64,000 nucleotides of DNA from Eledone cirrhosa (GCA_964016885.1 OZ024742.1:192758001-192822000), one strand, 5' to 3'. Positions 1 to 14,589 are shown, counted from the stretch's first letter. A program made the numbers and translations. Notes: a model not told the origin generated them from the sequence alone.

Positions 1-358
1 TTTTACCAGTTGCGCATTTCTAAATGCTTTTCAAAAATAATTTTGAGATAGAGTGTCCGTGCTGTTTGCTCTGATCTGATTAGTTTTGGGAATTCTACCT
101 GTTTTTATGTTAAAAAAATGGCTCCAGCGTTATTTTTGTGTTGTAAAAATGCTTGTGGTCAAAACAATTTTGATTGGTCGGTAGAGGTCATGTGAATGTA
201 AAAAGTTGATTTTGCGCCAAGACTGTTTTTATGTTAAAATGTTAGAAAAGTGGCTCCAGCAAAAATTATGGTCAAAACAATTTTGATTGGTCGGTAGAGG
301 TCATGTGGATAAAAAATTGGTTTTGCGCCAATATTGAGAAATGACTCTTTCACAACAA

Positions 359-418
<60 letters not shown>

Positions 419-490
419 TAGTAGTAGTAGTAAGGTGTTCGATGCTGCGACAATAGCCACCAGCGATGTGTGTCAAATGGCTATTAAGAT

Positions 491-538
<48 letters not shown>

Positions 539-827
539 ACATACACACAGCAGAGTCATTCGAAGGTCAAAAGATATTTTTCAGCTTTTGTCTTATACGG
601 AGAAGTGCGTGTGTGTGTGTGTGTGTATAAGTCTCTTTGTATGTTGATGTACGCGTGTGTATGTGTTTGTGTATATATGTGTGTGTGTGTGTGTGCGTGT
701 GTGGGTGGACCAGTATTTTTTTCCCCCCTGGTAAAATGGTGTACATTATTCGATTTTTTCAGTAAAATCGGTTCTCTTAATAGAACATCAACAATCTTAA
801 CAATAAAAGGTGTGAAATGATATTCAC

Positions 828-874
<47 letters not shown>

Positions 875-1069
875 TTTCACTACATATATATATATATATA
901 TATATACATATATACATACATATATATGCACATATATTTTTTTTTTTTTTTTTTTTTTGTATTGCACCATAGAGCATGTGTGTTTACGTGTGTCATTGTG
1001 TTTATATGTGGGTAGAGATGTGTGCTGATGTAGGTATGTATGTTGACGTGTGTATGTTGTGGGTTCGTC

Positions 1070-1463
1070 TTAGGGAGAAGTGTTTAGACGGGGTCCGTAT
1101 TTGTTAATGAAGTAAGATTCCTTGCTGATGCGCTGGGTGTGGGTGGCATTATCTTTAAATTTGTAGAGGGGAAAGATTCTGAAGTTGGGATGATTTTGGG
1201 CGGCGCAGGTATCAATGTGTTCACTCAGTGGTATTTTACTGTATTCCCGTATTTTAATTTGGGATCTATGGACAGTCATGCGTTGGCGGAGGCTGTTTTT
1301 GGTCTGGCCTATGTATTGTTCTCGACAACCTGAACAAGTTAATACATATATTAAATTTTCCGATGCACATGTGAAATTGTGTTTTACTATAAAACGTTGT
1401 CCATCTTTGAAATAGAATTCCGAACCCTCTATTAGGTTGATGCAAATGCCACAGTTGGGTCTA
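1070..1463 (-). mobile_element. Penelope-like element 3' fragment, GIY-YIG endonuclease (Neptune-like), 5'-truncated at a (TCTA)/(TA)n tract
   Basis: Open minus frame RPNCGIC..FTCASENLIYVLTCSGCREQYIGQTKNSLRQRMTVH..KESYFINKYGPRLN: GIY-YIG motifs with an upstream CxxC linker. Confidence 0.85.
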
Positions 1464-1471
1464 TCTATCTA

Positions 1472-1510
<39 letters not shown>

Positions 1511-1571
1511 AGTGCTTTTATATCAGTTATAAATATTTACTCGTTGTAACCCAACAATTTAAATAAAACTT

Positions 1572-1608
<37 letters not shown>

Positions 1609-1622
1609 GCACACGCACACAT

Positions 1623-1663
<41 letters not shown>

Positions 1664-1714
1664 CAGACATATATACATATATACATACACACATATATAT
1701 ATATATATACATAC

Positions 1715-1799
<85 letters not shown>

Positions 1800-2432
1800 C
1801 ATATATATATGGTGGGGGGTGCGTGCGTGTGTACGTATGCACATTTTATATGCAGAATTGACGTCGAATTTCAGTTTAAAGTGTAAGCTATATATATCGA
1901 AAAATAATCTATTCAAGGGTAATCACTTCGTAGGACATCTTGATATTTCAATGAATATTTAACTTGTCAAGCGTTGAATTGTCTGTTTCTCGTTTGGCCA
2001 CGCAATATGCAGCAAGTAATGACGTAAGTTGTGGCTGGTATGTAATTTTACCAAGAACGAGTAAAGTGATGAAGCGGCTATGAAAGTAGATGTACCTTCG
2101 GCAAAAGTGATAGCTTTAGAAATGTATTGAAAATGCTTTTAGATTTCTCTACTAGTGGAATATAATAAGCTGGACTGCATAAATAAGTGATGTACAGGAA
2201 ATTAAGCAGTACAACTTTAGTCCAGTACAACTTTAGGCAGTACAACTTATTTACAGAATATGAGAGTTAGAGAAGATATGTGTATGTCTGTGTGTATGTG
2301 TTTGTGCATGTGTGCTAGGGTATGTGTGCGTCTGTGTGTATGTGTGTGTGGCTTGCATTAATATATACATATGTGTTCGGTTACATATATGTGTGAGTGT
2401 GTAGCTATACACTCCGTAAACACAGGCATACG

Positions 2433-2470
<38 letters not shown>

Positions 2471-2485
2471 CACATACACACGCAT

Positions 2486-2545
<60 letters not shown>

Positions 2546-3587
2546 CCACCAACAGAAACATCCACACACACACACACATACACATATGCTAAAGATTTAT
2601 ACTTATATATATGAATGGGGAAATTTTATCGAACAGTCATAGTCATCTATCCTTTTCTTGTATAAATCTCCCGGGATATATATGCCATTACTAGATGAAA
2701 TAATATGTCTTCTTTCTCATAAGCTCCCACTCTTCACTAATAAAAAATATAATAAAATAACAGCCATGATTTGGCTTCTTCGCTTTGCAAAATCAATACC
2801 AGAGACAGTACATAAATTGTCTCAAATTTTTTACGCTCACATAATCTCAATAGGTCTAAAATTAGATTTGTAAAGAAACCTTTCCTTCAGCAATATAATG
2901 GTGTCTTAGTTTGAATAATACTTCAACGTTATGATATTAGTTAATCCGTTTTTCGGTCACGTTTGTGTGTTAAAGAGCAACGAATTACTTTCCCAAGATC
3001 TTTTTGATTTGTTTACTCAAAGAAAATTGTTCAAAACAAGACATTTAAGCTGTTTAGTTATTATTATATTATAAACCAATTACTTGTATAATATTTTCAA
3101 AATCCTGGGGTATTTTGAGCAGCAAATATAAACATAGTGAGCACCGTAATTTATTTGACAAACAAATATCGTTGTTAATCTGTTTTCTAACAATAATTGG
3201 GAAAATTATGGATGCTGTGCATCTGAATAAACTCATTAAAATGGGACTATTTAAGTCCAAAGAGCTTAGAGGCTGATTTGAGAATATAACGGATATAAGA
3301 AAATAGAGGTAGAAAGAAAGTTAGGTACTCAAAGTTTGTGTCAGAAATAGGTTTTACTCTATTAACTTATGTGTTTACAAATGATAAAGGGGTGTATCTA
3401 ATCGATCCGCCAGCCCATCCCTCTCCAAATGGGCCAGCAATGTATAGCTCCATAATACTTTGTTTTCAGTGAGTTTTAACCACTTATGCGTATACATACA
3501 TATATACATACATATATACATACATACATACATACATATATACATACATATATACATACATATATACATATATACATACATATATAC

Positions 3588-4196
3588 ATGGTGGCTGCCA
3601 ACTCGTTTTCGAGTACGGCCACTACTTTATATACATGTAGGAGAACCCCTACTGATGCGCTGAGCGAGTGTGACTTTTTAGTCCAGCCAGTGACTTGAAA
3701 ACTGTGGTACAAACACTACACATGTGACGATTATTGACACATAGTGCTAGGCCCATGGTACTATGTGACGACAAGTGCAGAGAGATCTCCAGATATAAAG
3801 CAATGTCTGTGCCGTGAAGCTTTTATAGTGAGCAAAGGCACTGCACAAAGCCAGTCCCACTCTCTTAACCAAGATGATATTTACCAAAAAGAAGAACAAG
3901 TCAACATCATTGGATACCATCAGGGTTGCAGGTGTTATATCAGAGTTTTCCTTCTCGTAGAATTCTGCCTTGACAAAGGCTAAGGGGTTATCTTTCCCGG
4001 TGATTTTGGATAGCCATTAACTCTTAAGAGCTCCTTTGCCCTTTGACAGGTTTTGTTTTTAGTTCTGCAGGATGTCCAAAGTCACCCTCCTCACCAAGAA
4101 ACCTTGGTGGGGTTGCCATTTTAGTCGCCAACGACCCGACCATGAGACAGGTTGTACTGGGATATATGTTACCAGTAGCACCAACTGGTGACCTGA
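3588..4196. repeat. Interspersed repeat, probably a LINE (RTE-type) UTR or derived SINE, between (CATA)n tracts
   Basis: GC-richer island bounded by (CATA)n; motif agagttttccttctcgtag..gccttgacaaaggct resembles RTE-associated UTRs from memory; no ORF. Confidence 0.35.
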
Positions 4197-4350
4197 CATA
4201 CATATATACATACATATATACATACATGCATACATACATACATACATGCATACATACATATATACATATATACATACACAACATATATATATAATCTCCC
4301 TCTCACTGTCTGTATGTCTCTCTCTCTCTCTATTTCTCTCTCCCCCAATT

Positions 4351-4429
<79 letters not shown>

Positions 4430-4645
4430 CCTCTCTGTACGACAGATTATATTAATGAATTATAATTGTCAGAAGTAATAAAACACCACTTATAACTTGG
4501 AACAAATTGTAAGCATTTTATCTCTTCCGACAAATATATTTTATTATATTTCCCAAATGGCTGACTGTGTTTCTCCCCCTTTTTTCCTCGTTCCTTCCTC
4601 TTCTTCCTCTTTATATTTCTCTTTTATCTTCTATTTATAAGTCTA

Positions 4646-4681
4646 TCTTATGATGAAGGACTCGTGTCCGAAACGTTAAGA
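4646..4681 (+). ncRNA. Minimal type I hammerhead motif, PLE pLTR type (core C3 mutated)
   Basis: tctt-ATGATGA-a-ggac-tcgt-gtcc-GAAA-cg-TT-aaga; sister copy at 58203. Confidence 0.6.
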
Positions 4682-4848
4682 CACTTTTCTTTCTATTTCA
4701 AGCGTTAAACTAATATATTTCTTCAATATAATGTGTCGTTTGCTTTGTTATTTCTGTTAACCTTTTACACACACACACGCACACACACACAGTTACACTC
4801 ACACACGCACACACATCCATACACACATACATACACAGACACACACAG

Positions 4849-4932
<84 letters not shown>

Positions 4933-5594
4933 ATACGTGTATATATATATACACTATCCATGTTAGTAAGACTGTAAACTTACGAAGAAAATTTGTTTCA
5001 ACGAAGCTGTATATTTAAATCTTTGAAAATCCATATGGAATGAAATATTAGACATAATCAAAATCTTTAAATTAAAGAAACAACGTTATGATGACGTACG
5101 AATTTATACATCAAAGTAGAAACAAGAACATTTCTCACACATTGAAACCCTGTAATCGCCACGTTTCTGACAAGTTTGATTATTTCTGGGAATATTGTGG
5201 ATTTTTCACCATAGTGTGATCTAACTAGCGATGCATAGTCTACACATTACTTACTGCAACATTGATAACAAAGTTACGTAGTTAATACGATATTGTGCAT
5301 ATGTTGGTCGACACTTACAGACTTCACAACCGGATGTGGTTTCGTTTGTTTCATTCATGTTTTGTTGTCTTTATGCAATGTTGTGTTTGTATATTTTAAT
5401 TTAATGTTTTGTGTTTGAGAGTATTAAAAGTCTTAAACAAATTTGGATAACAATAGGTATATATACACACACACACTTATATATATATATAATGCAATGA
5501 AATACCAATGACCGTTGGCAAATCACTGATGAGGGACTCATTTTATAACATGTTATCCATATGCAACCATGCAGTATTCTTCTCCCCATTTTTT

Positions 5595-5654
<60 letters not shown>

Positions 5655-6946
5655 TGCATATATATACATATATATATGTAGTTACGATTCAATGTTTGTT
5701 AATACATATATATATGTATATATATAGTTAATATTCAACGTTTGTTATATATATGTGTACATATATATATACTGTATATATATAGTTAATATTCAGCGTT
5801 TGTTATATATATATATGTGATTTTCGCTTTTCTCTTTTCTTACCTTTTCCCTTCTGTTATTATATATTTTCTTTCTCTCTCTCCTCTTTTTTTCCCAATA
5901 ACGTACCTTAATTATTGACGGGGCTAGATATCTTGTTTTTAATGCGTAGAAATATCCAGGACCCCCAGCAGACAACTGATGGAAGAAAACCTTCTCCCGT
6001 TCATGCTTTCTTCTTATTTTTAAGTATACCTTATCCCGCAATTACACATCCATATATGCATATATATATATATATATACGTGATATAAGCAATATGCTGT
6101 TTTACTTTTAGTCCTGATACGTAATACAATTTTCTTCTCATATAGTTTACCATCTTACTTGAAATCTAGACTAAAATTTAACCAAACTAGATTAATGACT
6201 ACTGCGATGCTTTTACGATATATACCTCTTTAAAATGTTGGCATTAATTGTAATTCAGAATTACTTTTATATACCACGACAAATGCGATAAATGTCCTTC
6301 CTTGTCTTTTATTCTTTTTATCATCTTAATTGTTCTATATGGAGGAAAGTTTAGAAAAGAACAACGACATCGTCAAATGAAGTAAATAGCTACCGAAAAT
6401 GATGAGAGGATAAGAGATCAGTGTTTCTGGCATCATTCTTTTCCGAGTTTCCTAATGAAAATAAAAAGAAATTTCACACATTAAGTGATATTAACATCGT
6501 CACTACATTCCATTTACTTCTCTCTATATATTGATCATTTTGAGTTTTCTCAACTGAGTTGAAGTTCTTTTAAGTTTCAGATTTTTAAAAATGATCTTTG
6601 ATTCCTCTAGTTGGCTTTAAATTTCAGATCTGCAGCAAACGGCGTTGTATATAGTGTAAAACATTTGATTAGTTAACTGGTGGTGAGACGCTCTCAGGGG
6701 AGCTGGACAGCAGTAGGTCTTCAGAGAAAACCTCCCTCAAGCGAGTATTTCGGCCCTTAACCTCCTACACTTTAAGGGGGACGGGCTGCATCCTGGTAAT
6801 GACTCTTGGGTGCCCTTCTGTTGATATTTAGCCATTCGAAAATCAGAGACTTACTATGTACTGAAACCATTCTAATACTTGCTTGTTAATTTTTGTTTCA
6901 AACAGACATGCCTATCTTATAGAGATTGCAGCCTCAGCTATAATGA

Positions 6947-7153
6947 TTTCTAGTTATAGGCACAAGGCCAGTAATTTGGGGGAGGGGAAAGTCGATTAAA
7001 TCGACCCCAGTACGTTACTGGTGCTTTATTTTATCGACCCCGAAAGGCAAAGTCAACCTCTGTGGGATTTGAGCTCAGATCGTAAAGGACCGTAACTCTA
7101 TGCTGCAAAGCATGGTGTCCGACTCTCTACCGATACAGCCAATCCACCGCCCT
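6947..7153 (-). mobile_element. tRNA-derived SINE (octopus OR-like) with 14-bp target-site duplication
   Basis: At least 7 related copies in the window; TSD ctcagctataatga at 6933-6946 and 7163-7176. Confidence 0.85.
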
Positions 7154-7487
7154 TTCCTTTGTCTCAGCTATAATGAAATATCTGAACCCACAAACATCCC
7201 TACGTAAATCTTTACCAACACGGAACACCACAGTTTTCTTCATACTAGAATTTTCACAGTTCGTAATTGCTCTATCGGAACTGTCATGTGACTTTCCTTC
7301 ACGAGGAAACCTGGTGATTTTACAACAGGTAATAATTCATTTGAGCAATCAGACATCGAAAAACACACCAGAGAAGAATGAGATTGAATCGTCTCAAACT
7401 AAATTAGATATATATCGTAGAATCGTAATAAATGGAAAATAATTGTAATGAAATTTGACACCACGTTGAGAAATTAATTACAGTAAA

Positions 7488-7765
7488 TGTGATGGTGGTG
7501 GTGGTGGGAATGATGGTAATAGGGATGGATGTGGTAGTGGTGGGGGAGGAGTTTCTGGTGGTAGGGCTGATGATTGTGGTGGTGGTGGAAGTGAAGAATG
7601 TGATGATTTTGGTGGTAGTATTGATGATGGTGGTGGACGTGGAATAGAAGTAGGTGTTTGTATTGGTGGGGGTAGTGGTGGAGGAGGTGGTGATGGTGAT
7701 GGTGATGGTGGTTGTGGTAGTGGTGGTGGTAGGGGTTCTGATGGAGTTGGTGGTGGTAACAGGGG
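7488..7765. repeat. Degenerate (GGT/GAT)n low-complexity tract
   Basis: Directly visible; source of the spurious poly-Pro/His ORFs. Confidence 0.8.
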
Positions 7766-7799
7766 TTGAGATAGCACTTCAACATCAAACACACATTTA

Positions 7800-9060
7800 A
7801 AAGGAAGTCATCTTCTGTCACAGTACTTTTGACAACTCAACAGAATTGAATGATGGACGTAATTAGGATTCATTACACGAACACTGAATTGAAGATAGTG
7901 AGTTTAGCTTTAACTTCTAACTCCCTTCGTCAAATACCGCATGCTGAAACTGTCGCATTTCTGCAGTACCACCTGCAATTCTTTCATTTAATTTAGCCTC
8001 CTGCCTTCTATCACTCGTCAACATGGTCTCAAAATACTTGAAATTCTAGACCTACTTCAATATAGTGCATTCCGCAGGCTTCCTTAAGAGGTAGACTATC
8101 TCAGTTTTCGCAGCACTGATTTTCATTGAAGCCTTACAGCACCCAGCACAAACCTATGTAGTGTATGTCGGAGATCACTAGGCCAAGGCCAGCAATTATC
8201 ACAGTTTATTACTGGTACTTTATTTTATCGACCCCGTAAGGATGAAAGGCCAAATTAACCACGGCGGTATTTGATCTCAGACCATAAAGGCCGTAACTCT
8301 ATACTACAAAGCATGGTGTCCGACACCATATGAGTTAATAATGGTTTCTTATATAGGCACAGGGCCAGCAATTTTGGGGGAGGGGAAAGTTGATTAAATC
8401 GACCCCAGTGCATGACTGATAGTTTATTTTATCGACCCCGTAAGGATGAAAGGCAAAGTTAACCTCGGCGGGATTTGAACTCAGACCATAAAGGGCCGTA
8501 ACTCTGTGCTACAAAGCATGGTGTCCGACACCCTATGAGTTAATAATACCATGTCGTTTGCAAATTCTAGCCGACTGATTCTACACCTACCAGTCGTGAT
8601 ATCACATCAAAATCGCCTGCACATGTCAATACTGTTCATGGAGATTATGAACAGGAGAATTGACAGTATATGCCCTTGGCAGAGTCCGACTCCCACATTG
8701 AATGGTTACGATTTAGCACCATTTATCCGAACACATATACTGTGGTATTCGAATAGAGACATCAGGGGAACTAGAAGTTGTCTATCGATCCCACACTTCT
8801 GCAGAACGTTCCACAGCATGTACCCCGGTACACCTCATGACAATACACCTCATGACAATACTCCCACGATTTCTCAAAGACCTGCCACTTTATGTGCATT
8901 TATTCGGCTGTGCTGCCAACTTGGCAAAAACCATACTGTTCATCATCAAGCTTGGACTCCACAATCCCACTGCGTTTATTTGCCAGAAACTTAGGAGAGA
9001 CCTTACCGAAGAGGTTTAACAAGAAGACCGATCTTTAATTGTTGCAACCACTCTTGTTTC
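7800..9060 (-). pseudogene. Decayed RTE-like LINE reverse transcriptase, interrupted by SINEs
   Basis: Minus-strand remnants IVESKLDDEQYGF, PFNVGVGLCQGHILSILLFIISMN, RLEFAND with frameshifts; boundaries approximate. Confidence 0.65.
8178..8547 (-). mobile_element. Two tandem truncated copies of the OR-like SINE
   Basis: Match to 6947-7153; tatgagttaataat repeated at 8329 and 8534. Confidence 0.8.
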
Positions 9061-9709
9061 CCCGATGTGTTTTGAGAATGTGGATCATCACTCCTGATTG
9101 CCATTGCTTAGGTGTCTTTCCATAGATCCAGGCCATCCGGCTCACATGAGTCAACCAAAGAATACCTACCTATTTGAGTAATTTAACACCTAGGGCCTAA
9201 ATACATCCTATCCAGTGGCGTTGCCACATTAGAGCTATTTAGTTACTCTTGTGGCCTCAGTCCCCGAGAGATTAGTCATCACACCCAGGTGCACCTCGTG
9301 TACATCAGAAGATGGTAAAGTGCTCGAGTTTAAGCGTTCAAAAAGTATTCTCTCCACGCCACGAGGATACACCTTTCGGAATAGAGGAGAATCCCAAACG
9401 CGTTTTTGATATCATGTGGGGAGAAGGACTTCTTATTATGAAGTCAGCGAATGGCCTGCGAGAACATTTTATTTGCAGATCTGATGTCGGATTCCAGCTT
9501 AAAACCAAAGTCCGCTCATGTCGTAACTTTGGATGCTTTTACTGCCTCTGTTGTGACGTTTTGCGCCTGCTTGTACCACAAGTGCAAAGAAGTGGACTTC
9601 ATTCCAAGCCAAGATTTGTGGGTCTCCATCTTTGCTCGCATGGCTTTTTCTATCGCTTGATTGAGCCAATGACTCGTGTTGCCATCCAGTGCCACACCAA
9701 CCCACTGTG

Positions 9710-9850
9710 AAGGCGCATGGTTTAGTGGTTAGAGCATTGGGATTGCAATCGAAAGGTTGTGAGTTCAATTCTCGGACCGGGTGATGTGTTATTCCCTTGA
9801 GCAAGACTTTATTTCACGTTGTTCCAGTTTACTCAGCTGTAGAAATGAAA
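9710..9850 (+). mobile_element. Second tRNA-derived SINE family
   Basis: A box tggtttagtgg, B box gagttcaattc, then cccttgagcaag..actcagctgtagaaatg; related copies at ~48935 and ~52500. Confidence 0.75.
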
Positions 9851-10225
9851 TGATAGGACTGGGTCCCTATCATTAAATCACCCACGACACCTCGAACGAA
9901 ATATACCTTGGAGGAGGCCAGCTAAATCTGCATAGGTGTGAGCTGTAACAACAACAACAACAAAAACACCAACCCACTCTCGCCCGAGCATCTAACAACT
10001 GAAGCAGAAAATGCCGAGCTGTGTTGAGTTGAAACGTCTCCAATCCATTTCAACTTCCTCAGTATGCTCACAACTCTCTCTGATTGTGAATGCAATAGTA
10101 TTTGCATATTTGGTCCTCACTTCCTTATCTGTCAAAGGTGTTTCATCATCATATTCCTGATGATTTCATACGAATGAAACGGCTCTCGTCATGTACATGT
10201 CATTTGTATAGAAAAAAAAAAAAAA

Positions 10226-10262
<37 letters not shown>

Positions 10263-10267
<5 letters not shown>

Positions 10268-10319
10268 CGGTGCCCCAGCATGGCCTCAGCCGGATGGCTG
10301 AAACAGGTAAAAGAGTAAA

Positions 10320-10322
<3 letters not shown>
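10263..10322 (+). mobile_element. Isolated SINE/LINE-type 3' tail in (TA)n
   Basis: agggcggtgccccagcatggcc..ctgaaacaggtaaaagagtaaaaga, recalled as a common octopus SINE tail. Confidence 0.5.
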
Positions 10323-10403
<81 letters not shown>

Positions 10404-10411
10404 GTATATGT

Positions 10412-11169
10412 ATAGAGGAAAGACTGTTATAAGGAGCGAAATATCACGATACATTAACGGAGCCATAGACTCTCGACGTTCCCTGTAAATAATGTGCTAA
10501 AAGAAGAGGAAATCCTGAGCACTTTAAAATACAATATGTTGAAAAGGTAACACACTAGAGAGAGATACAGTGCGCCATCAATAAAACAGGGAAAAACCAC
10601 CAGTGTTAACCTATGAAAGGCAGAATATGGACACGATAATTAAAAATATAAATTAAAGCGTAAATAAATACCTCTATAACTATATAACACACGTACAAAT
10701 CCAAATGTATCGTGATATTTCGCTCCTTATAACAGTTTTTCCTCTCTCTCTGTTTGGTTGAGCACACTTCTCTGAGTGGTTTTGGGCTGCCCTTTCTAGC
10801 AGCTCGTCCCTCAGAGACCACTGGTTCACTGCCCTTAAACACGCTGTGACTTCTCTCTCCCACGTGTAGTTGGACGGTCGCTTTAAAAATTCTCTTAGTG
10901 TTGTCTGAAATGTATAGCCTAACAGACGCTGATGAACCTGGGTTATTTCATTTCTGTCAACAACTTACTGGCGAAACAGATCACTTTGTATTTGTACGTG
11001 TGTTATATAGTTATAGAGGTATTTATTTACGCTTTAATTGTTTTTATTTTTAATTGTCGTGTCTATATCCTGCCTTTCATAGGATATAGATTCCATACAC
11101 TGGTGGTTTTTCCTTGTTTTATTTATGGTGCACTGTATCTCTCTCTAGTGTGTTACTTTTTCAACATAT

Positions 11170-11172
<3 letters not shown>
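10412..11172. mobile_element. Non-coding fold-back element in (TA)n with a partial hammerhead motif
   Basis: ~10530-10705 is the reverse complement of ~10985-11172; ~10415-10455 is the reverse complement of ~10706-10745; CTGATGA..GAAAcagatc at 10929-10982. Confidence 0.7.
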
Positions 11173-11212
<40 letters not shown>

Positions 11213-11389
11213 CGAAGGACTAAATGAACATTTTTATACTGGTAAATGAATAGCCGAGCTTCTCAGGGGGTAATTCCATATATGGTAAATGTGATTGTCA
11301 CAAAGATTGGTCAAAAGTTTGTTGTTGAGACACATAATTCTATCATGGCATTTTGTGGAAGGAAGGGTAGCTGAACTTGCCAGTAGAAG

Positions 11390-11424
<35 letters not shown>

Positions 11425-11426
<2 letters not shown>

Positions 11427-13832
11427 CGAAGAAAATGAAGAAAGAGAAGCAGATCTTTAAAATATAATTTATATGGAGCTTTTACACATGTTACACCCAA
11501 GTTGGGCTCGTCGGGGGCTCAGAGGGAGGTAAAAGTTTTAATTATGGACCCTGTATGGGTACCAATACAATGTTCACATCGAAATTCATATCGAGTGTTA
11601 CAGAGTTAGCTGCTTAGGTCTGTGTACAAAGGGGAGTAATTCCGGTGTTAATTTAGAAGTTCTCTGCTAAAATACAGTTCCACTATCATAGGATATTCTT
11701 TTACTCCGCTCGGACTATATACTATATGCTAATTTGATATTGCTTAGTCACGCCACTTTGCAGAGGCACAATTAAGGTATGAATATGAGTGCACGGTAAT
11801 ATAATGGTCGGTGAGGCTTATGTACAGTCTAATTTAGTATGAGGTAGTATATTCGACAAGGTTACAAACGCCGGAAAGAGTAAAGTTGTAGACGTCATAG
11901 TCACTTGATCATTTGCCCAAGGTGTTTAAAAAGCACAATAATCGATCCTGCAGAAATATTCAAGTTTTATTCCGTTGGTGTGGAGGAGTATGACGAGGCA
12001 ATTAGGTCCGGATGGATGCAGTGCAACACCCTTGAGAGATGACGGTGGCTGGATAATATTATTGTTCACAGGTGTTTAATCTTTTAGTCCTCCGTTTTAA
12101 GACCAGCCAGGGTGCGGTGTAAAATGCCCTGGTATTGTGGTGCCTGGGTGTTATCCGGGGTCCATCTGTAGAACGACTGCTGTAGTCTATGGCTGCAATT
12201 GATGACGGTTTCGGCTCGGCTGTTGATGAGATCAGGGGGCGCTTGTACGATATAGTAAAGCTCCATGAGACAGAGCTGGCAGTCCTTCTTGAAGTTGTAG
12301 GGTGTTGCGAGGTTGACAATTTCCCAATGGGTGGAGAAGCTGGTGCTTGTGTCTTTTAAGCTAGTGATGTAATTGGCGAGGGATGTAGAGCTTCCTATTT
12401 CTAAACGAGTGAAGATGTGTTCGAAATCTAGTCCTGAACGAGCCAGTAGTGGCCCCTATACAGCATTAGACGCTATTGTGGCTGGTAATTGTACATTTGT
12501 AAATAACACTTCTAGTTAGGCATTGGCCCCGTAGTGGACAGTTACCGGGGTCACGACAATTGCAGTGCTTATTACGGTCACATCGGGACCGGCTGCTGTT
12601 AATACCCACCGCGATACTATTATTAATATTATTATTATTATCGGGACCACAGCTTCGATTGTTGTCGTTAGTATTATCTAAGTTAGGGACGCACAGGGTA
12701 GTACCACGTGTGCGCTGTGTGTTACCGCGACTTCTACCGCGGTAGCTCGTACTATTGAGGTCCGTATTACAGTCATCAGTCGTACCACTCCAGCGGCGAG
12801 CATGCCGGTTAAGGTTACCGCCAACATTGCCGGATGCGGCTAGAGAATCTCTAAGGTTATCCAGTCTGCAGTTTTCTCTAAGATTGTCTCTGCTAGGATG
12901 CTGTGTGTTAGTGAGCTTGCTGTGGTTACTTATCGCTATGAGGTCAGCTAGATTAGGTGTAGTGGAGAAGGATATTTTAACGTTATTCTTATTGAGGATT
13001 TTTCTGTACATATGGTAGGGTGGGAAGCTTTTCTCTAATGTGTCGAAGAAGATTCTAGGTAAGTCGGAAGCCTCACTCCGAGAGTAAGGAGGATGGAACC
13101 AGAGGACATTACGTTGGCGGTTACGTATGGCTGTGGTTTTTCTATGGGTTGCACTGGCCGGGTGACCCTTCATGTCATTGCTACTCTGATGCTGCCTGGT
13201 GTGCATGGATTGTGAATGGACTGTGCACTGCATCCATCCGGACCTAATTGACTCGTCATACTCCTCCACACCAACGGAATAAAACTTGAGTATTTCTGCA
13301 GGATCGATGATTGGGGTTTTTAAACAACTTGGGCATATAATCATGTAACTATGCAGCACCTGACGTCTACAACTTTACTCATTCCGGCGTTTGTAACCTT
13401 GTCGAATATACTACCTCATACTAAATTAGACTGTACATAAGCCTCATCGACCATTATATTACCGTGCACTCATATTCATACCTTAATTGTGCCTCTGCAA
13501 AGTGGCGTGACTAAGCAATATCAAATTAGCATATAGTATATAGTCCGAGCGGAGTAAAAGAATATCCTATGATAGTGGAACTGTATTTTAGCAGAGAACT
13601 TCTAAATTAACACCGGAATTACTCCCCTTTGTACACAGACCTAAGCAGCTAACTCTGTAACACTCGATATGAATTTTGATGTGAACATTGTATTGGTACA
13701 CATACAGGGTCCATAATTAAAACTTTTACCTCCCTCTGAGCCCCCGACGAGCCCAACTTCGGCGTAACATGTGTAAGAGCTCCATATAAATTATATTTTA
13801 ACGGTCTGCTTCTCTTTCTTCATTTTCTTCGA
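11425..13832 (-). mobile_element. Naiad-like PLE 3' part with ~600-bp terminal inverted repeat
   Basis: WFHPPYS..KISFSTTPN, CxCx5C (CNCRDPGNC), SVIY..CIGATTGSFRTRF..CQLCLME with a stop at 12466; 11425-12030 is the reverse complement of 13225-13832; (TA)n on both sides. Confidence 0.88.
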
Positions 13833-13859
13833 TTATATATATATATATATATATAGATA

Positions 13860-14525
13860 TACGTACATACATATACATATACAGACGTACAGTAGTATGT
13901 ATATATACATACATGCACACATACATATATGTAGGTATCGATTCACGGAACATTTATTATAATGCTCGGTGTGTTTGTAAACAAACATCCCGTATTAAGC
14001 GTTAGTGTCTAGCAACCATCGTTGCTCATTTGTTGAACACTTACAAAGGAACGCTGTACTAGTTTCAAGCTTATTAGCTATCGTCAGCAACGTATACCTT
14101 CCTGCCAGATGATTGAACGTCTGAAAGTATATCATTTCCTTATGTATAATAACGGCTGAGCAGTTTAATTTGCATATCGAGTGGGTTAATCGGCCGGGTG
14201 CACCGAAAACGACAAACAGAAAAAATGAAACGAAATTTCATTTCCCACTCTTAGTACGGCTGTTACTTAAATATAAGTATGTATACATACATACATATAT
14301 GTATACAGGCGTACAGTAGTATGTATATATATATATACATACATGCACACATACATATATGTAAGTATGGATTCGCCGAACATTTATTATTATGCTCGGT
14401 GTGTTTGTAAACAAACATCCCGTATTAAGCGTAGTGTCATATATGTATTTACGTAAACATACTTATATTTAAGTAACATCCGTACTAAGAGTGGGAAATG
14501 AAATTTCCTTTCATTTTTTCTGTTT
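13860..14525. mobile_element. Retrozyme-like family A (~430-bp unit), copy 1
   Basis: Direct repeat (13951 vs 14381), inverted end (14455-14525 vs 14215-14285), hammerhead on minus at 14051-14093; no ORF. Confidence 0.75.
14051..14093 (-). ncRNA. Type I hammerhead ribozyme motif
   Basis: acgttg-CTGACGA-t-agct-aata-agct-t-GAAA-ctag-TA-cagcgt. Confidence 0.8.
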
Positions 14526-14547
14526 ATATATATATATATATATATGC

Positions 14548-14589
<42 letters not shown>

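Noticed and set aside
4060-4196. Possible HDV-like ribozyme in an RTE-type UTR
   Set aside because: Hairpins are present but I could not fit the nested double pseudoknot
5280-5345. Possible minus-strand splice donor / host exon
   Set aside because: Isolated gtaagt with no supporting ORF or acceptor
7474-7821. Poly-Pro/His ORFs resembling a formin or extensin
   Set aside because: Low-complexity GGT tract with no flanking domain or splice support
9710-9785. tRNA gene
   Set aside because: A/B boxes are present but the cloverleaf is poor and it continues into a repeated SINE body
10157-10190. Hammerhead-like CTGATGA-tttcatacgaat-GAAA-cggctctcg-TC
   Set aside because: Stem I cannot be formed convincingly; at most a damaged relic
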